From positions 571,716 to 635,715 of the forward strand of contig JAWQFM010000024.1 of assembly GCA_033442325.1 (NCBI GenBank): DNA of 64,000 bases, in the 5' to 3' direction. The stretch is from Salpingoeca rosetta (taxonomy: Eukaryota; Protista; Choanoflagellata). This document shows, in pieces, positions 42,901 to 55,335 of the stretch (position 1 is the stretch's first letter; each line of letters begins with the position of its first letter). The position numbers were made by a program, and so were the translations under genes. The notes below the pieces were generated by a model, which was not told the origin of the DNA, ran no database searches, and saw nothing but the letters and a program-made list of their open reading frames with translations.

Positions 42901-44669
42901 TGCCCAACGTGGGTGCGCACGGAGAGTGTGGTGGACAGGATCACCAAGTGGAGGCTCCCCGCGCAGCTGATCACCGTGCGCTTCCAGCGACTCGTGCGCG
43001 CCGGCAACGTGCGGGAGGAGATTACGCGGTACTTCTCGGCGGCCCTTGGCGAGTCGCGTGCGCTGTACGCGGACCTGCGCGACCCCGAGAACAAGAACCA
43101 GACACTGAAGACGACTCGGTTTGAGTACCACCCACCGCCAAAGCTCGAGGTGAGCTTCACCGGCGAGCAGTCGCAGACATGCACGTACTCTGATGGCCGC
43201 CCCTACCGCGTCATCACGCAGAACACGCAGAGCCAGGTGACCATCAAGGTCATGGAGGACTACGGCACCGGCGTCGGCATGTGCGACATTGTGCCGGGCG
43301 TCATCCAGGTGGAGAACCAGCTTGGCGAGTCCCCGGACACGGTGGCCGTGCTGAACAAGACAATGCCTGGGCTGACAAACTCGCAGCTGAACATGCTGAA
43401 GCGGTGCTACTATCCTTGCGAGCTGCCGGTTGTGATGGACTCCACATCCACGGCGTCCGGCACGGTTGTGTCAAACTCGCGCGCAGAGTTTACCATGCTC
43501 ACAGGCATGCCGCAGACCAACCCGGGGGCGCTGGACAGCGACCACCCGCACACCAAGCTCTTCCGCGCCACCATGCACAACAAGCCATATGACCCCGTGA
43601 CAGAGTCGCTGTATGTGATTGTGACGGGCGAGCTGGCGCAGGGCACAGGCGCGTCCATCCCCTTCCCGCGCTACAAGCCTCTGCTGGTGGTGCAAGACCC
43701 GCCTGGTGGGCTGTCCTCTGCCACGTACGCCAACACGTACGCCAACTACCGCATCGAGAGCAACGAGTACGAGTCGTACGGTGGGTTCTTCCTTGGCCTG
43801 GAGGTGACGCCGTTCCGTGTGGACGCCGAGCTTGACCTGTGCGTGGGTCTGGGCGCGGCCAGCTGCATCAACCTGCTAACGGCAAAGACGGCGCCAGTCA
43901 CCATCATGGCGGAGACGACAAACCTCTTTGGCACCAAGGACGGCAACGACAACTACGAGACGGACAAGGTATGGTCGTTTGGGCTGGACGTGTCGACGAG
44001 CAAGGCGGCGGTGCTGGCTGGCGAGCGCTCCGACATGTTCCTCGTGCCGGCGCTCAACGTCATGTTCCTGGACACGGACATTGTGGAGTTTGACGCTGCA
44101 ACGTGCGACGTGACGCTGCGAACGGAGACCATGTGGTCACTGGCGCCAGGCGCAAACGACGAGGTCATGTCCTGGCTGTCCGCGTACGAGATTGAGACGA
44201 AGGAGATCCCGGATCTGCGCGCGCGGCTGGCCAACGCCAACGCCAACAACGACACCGCGGAGCAGAAGGCGGAGCTGCAGAACGCCATCAACGAGTGGGA
44301 AGCGAACTTGCAGCGCAACCGCGATGTGCGTCAAATGGCGGCCACGGGCATGCTTGACACGGTGCAGCAGCTGTGGTCCACAGACAGCTTCACGCTCTCG
44401 GGCAAGAACAACGTCAACGGCCAGCTGAACAAGGGCGTGGCGCTCGCCCCGCACGACCTGATTGACAAGGCCCTTGGCCTGAACGGCACCGGTGTGACAG
44501 ACGCCCAGAAGGCGGCCCTGCGGGCCATCAACACCATCAAGTTCTCTGGCGGTGGATCCACATACACGTTTGAGTACGACGCAAGCACGGACAAGTCTGT
44601 CACCGACGGCACCATGAGCAAGCACGAGTTCCGCGGCGGCGCCGCCGTCTCCTTTGACGTGTCTTCCGG

Positions 44670-44727
<58 letters not shown>

Positions 44728-47476
44728 ATGTGTTTACATGTGCGTGTGCGTGTTTGATATATGCGCGTCCGTGCGTCGAATATTGTGTGCGTCTGCGTAT
44801 TGGTTTCATTGTGCTGTGATGATCAAGTTCTTGAACGGATTGGTTGATTGGCCCTCGTTCATCGCTCACACATGTGCAATTGCGATTGCAGGTATTGGCG
44901 CCTCTTTCAAGATTACGCCACTTGGTCTCTTCCGGTCGTCATCGGCGCATGAGGTTCAAGAGGGATACAAGAAGGATGAGCACATTGAGTTCACGGTAAG
45001 CTTGAAGCTCATGCATGCATGCAAGCTGTTGTTGCCTTGCATAATATGTTCTCTTGATCCTCGAGTCTGCAAAGTCTTGCCACCTGTGTCATACACGCTG
45101 TTGTGAACAACACACACACACACGCACACACACACACGCGCGCGCGCGCACGCATACACACACACGCACACACATACACACAAACAAACAAACAAACGCT
45201 CATAACCGCAAATGTACCATGCTCACGAAAACCCCTCACGTGGCACACGTCACCACACTGACATGACCACCACCACAACAACAACACCACCACCACAGCT
45301 GGGCGATCCCGACCCGTTTGACGTGTTTGACGTGCAAGTGTTCAAGCACCCTGATTTCAACACGCTGGTGTTCCACACCACATCTGGCCAGTCGTCGTGC
45401 CCGCACGAGTTCAACACGCTTGCACTGGAGCAGCCTGGCATGACGATTCTTCGACGCCCAGAGGCCCCCGTGCTGCCGAATGAGCCGGCCGTGTTTGAGA
45501 TTGTGCTGCGTAACGACGCCGACTACACGACATACATGCAGCTGTACACCGTCAACAGCCAGAACCAGGATGGGCTCGAAATTACCGTCGATGGGCAGTG
45601 GCTGGTGGACCCCATCGACTTTGTGAGCTTTGCGCCTGGCGCCAAGCACATCACGCTGGTGATGAAGCGTGGGCCTACCGCCTACAACTATGACCCGGTT
45701 GACCTGTGGTTCTCATCGCTGTGCGAGCAGGAGCGGCTGGCGGAGACGGGCTACCTGAGCGACGAGGCCGCGGCGCAGGTGCGCGTGACGCTGGATGTGG
45801 AGTTCCTGCAGCCGTGCTCGCCCGTGCAGCTGGTTGGCAAGATTGGCGAGGACCAGACCTTTGTTGTGAACAAGGCCACGGACGAGCAAGCCATGCGGCC
45901 GCGGCAGCTGCGCATTGTTGCGTTCAACCCGGACTTTGCGAGGCGCAAGTGGACAGAGGACGACCGGCTGGTGAGCGTGCAGATTGAGTACAAGCCGCGC
46001 GTGTCCAACACGTGGTTGCTTGCGCGCGACACAAACGGCGACGCGCTGGAGATTAGCGGGCTGGAGAACGAGTACGGCTACGTGACCGTGTGGTGGGACG
46101 TCGGCACGTTGGCAGAGGGCGAGTACGAGCTGCGCATCCGCGCGCAGTGCCAGCCGTCCATCAACGAGGTGCCCGAGGGCATTGACGAGCAGTACTCGAT
46201 CACGGTGGCTGGCAGCGTGGACCGCACCCCGCCCCAGGTGCTGGGCTTCCCGGAGCCCGCGGATGGCGAGTACGAGCCCGGCGACGACATTGCGTTTGAG
46301 TTTGATGAGCCACTGCAGTGCATGAAGCCGTTCCAGTTTGGCGTGCGCATGGAGGTGACTGGCGTGAACCGCGTGTTTGACAGCACGAACATGGTGATTG
46401 TGTGCGAGGGCCGCCGCATCACCATGTCCCTTCGCCGCGGGTTTGCCTGGGATGACGTGAACGGGCGGTCCGCGCGCGTGATGCTGACGGCAGTGGAGGA
46501 CCCATACGGCAACAGCGTGCAGCAGGACCTGACACACCTCTTCGCGTTTGCAGACCTTGCACTCGATCTGGCGTCGGTGCAGGTGTCTGGGCTCCGCTTG
46601 AGCGTGGCGTTCCAGGACGCCTACTACAACTCCACGTCGCCGGCGTTTGCGAGCGTGGCCAACACGATTGAGAGCGACATTGCGGCTTCGCTGGGCATCA
46701 GCCAGGCGCGCGTGCAAGTCGTTGCCATTTCGCCCGTGGACCAGACAGACTACACGGCAGGCGTCAGCGTGGACATCCACCTCCTGCCGCCCACGGTTGG
46801 CGACTTGACGAACCGGCGCCGCGCGCAGGGTGACGTTGTCACTGCATCGTCCCTTGCCACGCAGTTTGAGATGCTGGTTGGCATGGCCGCCAACACCAAC
46901 ACCTCCGCCTTCAGCGACAAGGAGCTGCTGCAGTACGTGTCGCAGCAGCCGAACATTCAGCTCACGGTGGTGACGGCCACCTCCACCGCAAACACCACCG
47001 CTGCCCCCAGCTTTGTGACTGTCCAGGCCTCCTCTTCCACCAAGAACACCGATGTCGAGATTCCAGTTTGTAAGTTTGTTGTTGTTTTTGTGTGGGTTGA
47101 GAGGGGGAGGCGGTAGAAGAAGGGGTTGCGTGAGGTTTTCTTGTGGTGCGTAGCATGTGTGCGGCAACAGGCTTGCATGTGCGTCAGCTCCTTTCACGTT
47201 TCCAGTTGTGTGCATGGCGTGGATGGAAGATGGCTGTCAAGACACAAACTCATCTTGTGCTGAATTGCTTTCTCTTCATCGCCTGTCGCTTGCTTTCTGC
47301 CAGACATCAACATGGTGCTGCTGATCATCATCCTCGTGGTGCAGCTGGTGTTCTTTATCCGCTGCTGGCGCAAGCCATCTGCATCCTACAAGATGGACGC
47401 TGAGCGCACTGACGCTCCAATGCCCAAGCGCCCCAGCTTCGAGGAGAACCCGGCCCTCAGCCTGTCCCATGTCTGA
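36079..47476 (+). CDS. Type I membrane mosaic protein: dermatopontin domain, Sushi, cbEGF, FN3, PAN-like, large beta-rich module, SEA-like, TM and short PDZ-ligand tail (~18 exons)
   Basis: GCCACCATGG start and signal peptide. Exons 36079-36190, 36443-36488, 36749-36767, 37029-37185, 37406-37549, 38151-38212 give three canonical dermatopontin repeats ([16 protein letters not shown]; [16 protein letters not shown]; [17 protein letters not shown], each preceded by YxNxxDxPL). Sushi in exons 38763-39121; cb[25 protein letters not shown] (39403-39528). Long exons 42130-44671 and 45299-47069. Last exon 47304-47476 encodes [33 protein letters not shown]. Confidence 0.85.
38409..38530. repeat. (AAC)n trinucleotide tract just upstream of an acceptor
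   Basis: Directly visible; acceptor CCAG at 38531-38534. Confidence 0.9.
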
Positions 47477-48833
47477 AACAAGACACAACCTGGCATGAAG
47501 ACCTGACAACCGCCATGCCTCACATGCAAGACGTTCACTTGTTCTGGGCTCTTCTTGTGCTGGCGTGTTGTCAGTGTGTTGTGTGTTACTGCCCGCCTCT
47601 CCTCTGCCCCCCCCCCCCGCTTTCCCTCTTTCCCACTGCTTGTCGTTTTCTGCGGTTTCCTGTTGTTTCTCTCTGCGGCTCGCTTGTTTGATTGATGCAC
47701 CGCAACCGTTCTGCCACCGCGGTTGTTGTTGTTGTGCCACCCGTTACTTCGTTTCATTCCCATTTTTGTTGTTCGCCTTTTTTTGTTGCCGTTTCCACTT
47801 CGCATGTTGTTTCTCACCCGACGCCACGTCGAGAGACCGTTGTTGCCGTTGCCCATCTATGCATTGCTTCGCTCCCCAAATCGTAGTGGACCTCCAGCAT
47901 GGCAATCATGCTTTACAGTCCTGACTTGCTCTGATTGGTTGGTTGGTGTTGTGATGGTTGTATGTTGCCTTTCGTGCACGTGCACGTGGGAGTCGACAGT
48001 GCTGTGGTTTTGCATGACGTCGTTCCTGTTCGTTTGTGTTTCGTTCTCTCCGCCGCGTTGTTACTTCCACCCCCTCACAAGCCTCACACTACACAAGAAG
48101 CAAGACGAAGTAGAAAGCAAAGAGTGGAGTCGGGTGGAGGCGATGCGGAGTTGGAGTCGGAGCACACGAAGGTGCTAAGGTGAGGATGGGAAAAGGGAAG
48201 CTTTCAACAAGGGCAGACAATGCAACCTTTATGGATCATCTGTGAAAGATATGAGCAGTTTTCTGCGCGCGCTTGCGAAGGTTGGATGACGCACGATGAT
48301 GAGCCAAGAACTGCTGCTCCAGCCACACCACTCATTTTGAGTTCGCCATCAAGCTCCTAAGGCTCCCAAGCCCTGAGCCCTCGCTCAAGATCTCAAGATG
48401 CGCTCAGCCTGGACGGTTGCTAGTGTTCTTGTGCTCGGTGGCTTCGTGCTTGCGCTGAGCGCTCAGCCTCAGCCATGTCGTGCCGCCCCACAAGTAAGCT
48501 CGTGAGGGCAGGATCCGATTTTCTGAAGGAGTGTGTGTCTGCGTGTGTGTAGGTGTGTACTGTAGGTGTGTGTATGTGTGTTTGTGTGTGGTGTGGTGTG
48601 GTGTGCGTAGGTGTGTGTGTGTGTTTGTGTGCGTTTGTGTGTCTGTGTTTGTGTCTGTGCGTGTTAGTGTTGATGTGTGTGTGTGTGTGTGTGTGTTTTT
48701 TGTTTTTGTTTTTGTTACGTCCTATGGTTTCTTGGGTGGGTAGTTTCTTAGTTTGCTTGTTTTGTTCCCCTTCGTTCCATGTTACATTACCTGACGTTGC
48801 TTGTTGCGTTGGTATCTGTAGCAGCATCCTGCA

Positions 48834-49073
48834 TTGTGCAGTCAAGTCAAAGGCACGCTGTCGTCCATTGAGCAGATCTTCCTGCATTACAACGTGCCGT
48901 TTCTGCCAACAAATCAGAACGGCACTTCCAACTCTCAGGCCGCCCAAGGCATCAGGAGACGACACCCCTCACCTCCACGTTCACACGTGAACGCAGACGT
49001 GCCGCCAATTGACCTGTCGTCGATACAGAGAATGATGCAAGTGCTCGGGTGTAGCACCACCAGCACCACCACC

Positions 49074-49134
<61 letters not shown>

Positions 49135-52100
49135 CTAAGTATGCAACGGCTGCTGAGTGGGGATCGGCCTCACACGCGTCGCGCGACCATCATCTTCCCC
49201 ACACACCAGTCACGATGCAAACGAGGAAGAGATCCCGTCGCGATACGCCAAGTGCAGGCACGTGTACGCTCTCGAGCGTGTTGGCCGGGACCTGCGCTGG
49301 ATCTGCGAACAACGCCAGCTTAACCATTGCGTTCGAAGGCGAAACGACTGTCAACGGCTCTGGACAGGCAGCGGCAGCACTGCAGGGCATTTCGCGCTGG
49401 CTGACAAGGGCAAGGTTCACCGGGCACGTTCGGCGGCAGCCACTTGAATGGGTGGTACAACATGGGGACTGGGCAACCGTCACCTCGGTCGATATCCTTG
49501 GTCTGCAGTCACCCGGCTTCGACTTCAGCATTCTCAACCCTTTGCTGGACATCAAAGAGGTGCGCATGCAGGACAGCGACCAACTGCGAGAAATCACCAC
49601 GCAAGGGTTTGCCCACGCATCCCACCTCACCGCCCTGCGCCTGAGAAACAACACGCTCGCTTCCATACCGTCCAAGGCGTTTTCAGGCATGACAGCCGTA
49701 GTCGTGCTGGACCTGCTGCATAACCGCTTGAGTGCCATTGACCCCGCATGGTTCACGTCGCTGGTCTCCCTTGAGCGGCTGGTGTTCGGGCACAACATCA
49801 TCACAGCGGTCACCTCTGCGCACACGTTTCAACCCCTCATTGCCCTGGAGCGGCTCGACCTGTCCTACAACGACATCACCACCGTGTCTCACCACGCCCT
49901 AATGCCACTCTCGAAGCTGCTGGTGTTGGACCTTTCCAATAACCCGCTGCGCCAGCTGTCGCCAGCCTCGTTCGGCAGCATGACACTGCTTGAGACGATG
50001 GCCCTTCGCAGTGCACGCTTGCAGGCGCTTCCGCCACGCGTTTTTGCCGCAAACACCCGCCTCCGCGCGCTGGAACTCGAGGACAACCTCCTCAGCGCGC
50101 TGGACGAGGATGTGTTCCGCGGTATGACCACCCTGCGTCGGCTGCTGCTCGTCAATAATTTGCTCTCCTCCCTGCCCGAGCGCATATTTCGGGACATGCA
50201 CGAGCTGCGTTTCCTGAGCTTGTCCCTGAACAGGCTCACCTCGCTGCCACCAGCCCTGTTCAACGCCTGCACCAACCTGCGACTTCTCACCATGCACGAG
50301 AACGAGCTGACCTCGTTGCCACCCAATATTTTCCAAGCTGCAACCAGCATACAATTTCTGTATTTGACGAGCAACCGCTTGCGCAACCTTAGCCCCGTGC
50401 ACTTTGCTGGCATGTCCACCCTGCAAGTGCTGGATCTCGAGAACAACCACTTGCAGTCCTTCCACGCCGAAATCCCCTCCCTGACGACCCTGACCCTCAA
50501 CCACAATCCACTCACGTCATTGCCGGCAACCCTTGCCGTCAGCAGCAAGCTGCGCGAGCTACGCCTCAGTCGCCACCGAATCACGGCTTTTGATCTCACA
50601 TTTGCGTTTCGCTCCACGCAGCTGCGCGACTTGCAGTTGGATGCCGCCCCCGACGTGCATTCCGTGGGCACCGTTGACGCGGCTCATCCCCCACCACAGA
50701 CACAGGCGGCCAAAGATCTGCGCTCGCTCAGCCTTCTCAATGTGGACGTGCGCGACGTCCTTCAGTACCTGCAAGAGCTGCCGCCCCTCCACCTCAACAC
50801 AGTCCGGCTTGGGTGGCCCACTGCCGACGCCGGCTCACTTCCACTACAGCAGATCTGCCATCTATTGGCCGAGGACGTGCATGAGTTTGCGCTTGTCAAC
50901 ACCAGGCACGCGGAGATCCACCTGTGCCCTGACAAGAGCTTCAGCACCGTGTTCGTGCAAGACAACGCCTTTCTCAACAAGATCAGTGTTGCAAACGGCT
51001 TGCGCAACCTCAACGCCTCCGGGTGCCGGCAGCTCAGCGCCCTTGATGTGCCGTTTGTAGACGTGCTTGATGTGAGCGAGACCAGTGTCCACCCGAGTGC
51101 TGGGCTGTGTACGCGGTGGGGTCGCCGTACTCTGTTTGCTCGACATGCTCGCAGGGACTCGCTCACACTGGATGAGGTGTTACCGGCCTTGCAACGCTGT
51201 GTTCGAACTGTTAACGTGCTCGACTTGGCGCACTCTGCCTGGCTGGACCATCCTGGCAAGCTGAACAACGCTCTCGGTGAGACGGTCGCGCTCTCAGACA
51301 AGCGGCTGGCAACGCTCGGCTTTGATCCAATCCATTCTCGAGCAGCGCCACCTCTACTTCAAGTGCAGGGGACGCCAGTGGAGTGTAGCCTGCAGCTGCG
51401 GAGTGACACGTTTCGCTTGCAGGACAACCCCACCGACCTGTTGGCCGAGGTTGTGTACACCTTCCACTGCACGTGCGCACGCGGTTTCAAGCTGACGTCA
51501 GGCGGGCGGTGCGTGGTGGACAACCCAGACATTGCCGGCATTGCCGTTGGCTCTGTGATTGGCGGGCTGTTCTTTGGCCTGTTTGTGGCGTGGCTGTCAC
51601 GCCGCTACCGTGGCCTGACCAAGCGCATTGACCTGCAGGAGCAGCTGCTGGTGGAGCGAGACGAGGAGGTGATGGCGCTCAAGAAGGCTTGGGAAATTGA
51701 GTACGATGAGCTGAGGATGATCAAGCGTGTTGCTGCGGGTGCGTTTGGCGTGGTGTTTGAGGCAGAGTGGGACACGGTGATGGTGGCAGTGAAAGTGCTG
51801 CAGCAAGCCGTCATGGCGTTTGACGAGAGCACGGTGCTTGAGTTTGAGAAGGAGGTGGAGTTCCTGCAGCGGACACGGCACCCGAATGTGGTGCGATTCT
51901 TTGGCGCGGGCACAGACCCCAACGGCAGCCCGTTCCTGGTGCTGGAGTTTGTGGCAATGGGATCACTAAAGGATCTGCTGGGGAAGGACATGGACAAAGT
52001 GTTGATGGAAGTGAGGAGCAGGAAGGTTGAGGAGAGCAACAGCAGCAGTGGTGGTGTCAGGGATGATGTGAACAGTGTGTGGGAGTTGAAGCTGCGCTTG

Positions 52101-52783
52101 CTGCGTGACATTGCGAGTGGCATGGCTTTTATCCACAGTCTGGACCAGATGCATCGGTGAGTGTGTGTATGCGTGTGTGTTTGCGTGTGTGTGTGTGTGC
52201 GTTTGTGTGTGTTTGTGTATGTGCGTTTGAAGCTGCGTTTCTATGTTTGCATGCAGGTACGCACTCTTGCCCACTGCACCATCCTACCCTCAACCCACCA
52301 CCACTTCCACACTCATTCACACCCACAGAGACCTGAAGAGCGGCAACGTGCTGGTGTCATCGTCGCTTCGCGCCAAAATCACGGATTTCGGGTCCATTCG
52401 CCAGTGCTTTACACGTGGTGGCGGTGGAGGTAGCGGCAGAGCCCACGGCAGCAGCCACACTCGCCTGTCGTCCAGCCAAGCTGACGATGACCCGCAATAC
52501 AGCCAGCGCACTGGACTGCAGACAATGACGAGCATGACGCTGACGGCTGGCGTGGGCACGCCGCTGTACATGGCGCCAGAGGCATTGATGGGTGACAAGT
52601 ACAGCTTCGGCGCAGACGTGTTCAGCTTTGGCGTGTTGATGTGGGAGGTGGCGACACAGCGCACCACCGGATCTGATTGCGCAGGAGAAGGGGGGCGACT
52701 TCAGGGGCCCCCTGCTGGCAGCCATCGCGACGCTCCTGACTGAGGGCAAGCGCCTCAAATTTGGCGACATGGATGGTGAGTCC

Positions 52784-52823
<40 letters not shown>

Positions 52824-53142
52824 GTTGTTGTTGTTCAGACGTTTCCACACATATGTGCATGGCTTGTGCATATGTGCGTTGTTCACGCTGCAGTTCATGT
52901 GGCTGTTGTGTTCCATTGCCGTCACTTTTCACCTCACGTTGATCTCTTACCGATCATGCTCTTCTCTCATGTCCTTGGACAAATCGCTGTTCATCACACC
53001 AACCAACCACACATGCACACATGCGCACGTGGACAACGCAGGCATCCCAGAGTGGTTCAAGACACTGACACTGGACTGCATGGCACACGACCCGGCACAG
53101 CGCCCAAGCTTTTACCAACTCAAGGAAGCTGGCCTGATTTAG
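48834..53142 (+). CDS. Leucine-rich-repeat receptor kinase of the TKL group (start uncertain; frameshift at ~52663, possible pseudogene or sequence error)
   Basis: More than a dozen LxxLxLxxNxL repeats (49500-50600). Cys-rich juxtamembrane FHCTCARGF..GRC. TM IAGIAVGSVIGGLFFGLFVAWL. Kinase motifs AGAFGVV, VAVK, HPNVVRFFG, HR|DLKSGN (intron 52157-52328), DFG, GTPLYMAPE, DVFSFGVLMWE. Last exon 53042-53142 has CMAHDPAQRPSF. No clear signal peptide found. Confidence 0.85.
49074..49133 (+). repeat. (AAC)20, reading as poly-Asn in the LRR kinase ORF 5' region
   Basis: Directly visible; may or may not be coding. Confidence 0.9.
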
Positions 53143-53537
53143 TGTTGCGAACTGTCCTTCATTTACGCATGCATGTGTGTGTCCTCTCACTTATTGTATC
53201 AATGACAAGAACCGCGTTGAACGTGTGTATTGTGGTTTCATTGTCGATGTATGGGTGGCATTGCAAAGAAAACATTAACAGCACTTCTAAGACGCGCACT
53301 AGCGCATTCCCTCTCTCAGCACAGTTGAACACACATATCCACTCACTCACACACACACACACACACACACTCTCTCTCCCTCTCTCGCCCCTCCCTCCCT
53401 CCCCCCTCTCTCTCTCTGTGTCATTCGCTCCAACAACTCCCTTCCCTCCACACACACACACACACACACACATACACACACACACACATACACACACACA
53501 CACTCACTCACTCACACACACACTCTCTCTTTCTTGT

Positions 53538-55299
53538 TCATGAGTGCAAATCCAGCCACACGTACAGTGATGGTACATGTTTCATTTGCAGCGAAGATGG
53601 CAGTTGCATCTGCTCTTTGTTGAAGTGTACAGGCACAAACTCTGGTCTGTCAAGGAGCGCCTCCCAATAGTCGCTGAGCGAGTGTTCCGTGTTATGACGG
53701 TAGTCCAGGTAGTAGGAGCACACGAAAAAGTGTCGCAAACCGTACATGGCCGCTTCTGGCACAAGCTTGCCTTCACGGATGGCAGTTTGCAGCTCCTGCA
53801 CCACTGCCACTTCGTCTTGGATGTCGTGAGCGTGGCTTCCATGTGCATCCTGCAGAATCAGTTGCTCGTACACCAGCTCCAACAAGGAGAACACTTGGGC
53901 AACCCTGAGGTTGTGACACTCGCATCGGCGCAGGACGGTTGTGGTGGTGCTGTTTCCTTGCGGCAACACGGTCCTGACAAACTCCTCCAAACTCTTCTGC
54001 AGCATTGCCTCCACAGATATCCCACGGCTGGTTCTTGCGGGTTCGCTGCCGTCGTCCGTGTCCGCGCGATCGCTGTCCAGGTTCAGGCTTCCATCGCCAT
54101 GCACTTGTGCAAGGCGTGTCCTGAGTTGCAGCACAAGCACCTCGAGTGCTCCGCGCAGCTCGTCGACCCTCTGCCTCAACTCAGATGCGGTCGTCATTGC
54201 GTCCTTGCGTTGGGGCGGAATGTCCTGCCAGAGATTCGCATAGCGGCGCTGCAGCTCGTGGCACATTTGCAAAAAGTGTTCGCCCTGCTCTCGCCCAAAA
54301 CGGAAACCAAAGGTGGCTGGTTCCACGGGGCGGAAGCCCACCTTGCCCACAAACGTGTGCTGCAGAAGAATGTCCTGCACAGCTTGCCAGTTAGCGACGA
54401 GCTGATTGCCACTGCCAACACTGGTGTGCGCATACACGTGAGCAAGGACGTCTTCCGTCACCACGGCCGACACCACAAGCTGCGGGCGCGCCCGCGTCAC
54501 GCTGACGTTGGGAACGACGATGGACGCTCCACTCGCGTGCTGCACCGCCCTCTGCGCATTCACGCTCTCCTCGCACGTGGCCAACACGTGTTCAATGTGC
54601 TCGGTCTGAATGGCTGCAAGCCTTCGCAGCATAAAGTACAAGTGGCGTCCGCTTCCGCTGTCTGAGAGGAGAGAGAACCCCACGGGCATGTCGTCGTTCA
54701 TGGAGGGCATGCGCTGCAGTGTCGTGCAGTCCATGCGGCCAAACTCGGCCTCCTCGTCACGCACGAGCGTTCCATTAGCGGACACAGTCACACCACCAAA
54801 CACCAGCGCTTGATGCTCAACAACCTCATTCCAGGCCTGCTGGAATGCGTGAAAGCAGCGCTGTGCATCTTCGCCACGGCCACTCCCTTGCATTTGCTGA
54901 ATCAGTGCTGCATGCGTCATGGCATCAGCACCCTCCGTTTCTCCGCGGGAGATCACCTTGTCCTCAAAGTGCTGTCGAACACGAATGTACCACGCAGTCA
55001 ACGGAACGATCAGACGACAGAATGGCAGAACATGTCGCATGCGTGCACACGTGCCAATGAGTGGGAACTGGCGTTGCGCGTGGGTGTCGTTTGCGTACGC
55101 CGCCAGCAGTGACCCGGCATCAGGCTGCTTCGCAACACGCCAACAGCCCCAAAGCACGCCTTCGTCTTCTTCTTCTGCCATATCCTCCGCGTCGTTGGTA
55201 TGGTTGTCGTGGATGTTGTTCTGAGTGTCTTCACCATCACCATCACCATCACCATCACCAACATCAGGAACAGGGTCATCACCATCATCATCCTCATCC

Positions 55300-55335
<36 letters not shown>

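Noticed and set aside
51700-52650. Calling the LRR receptor a tyrosine kinase
   Set aside because: Catalytic loop HRDLKSGN and GTPLYMAPE are TKL/Ser-Thr type, not HRDLAARN / PxRW.
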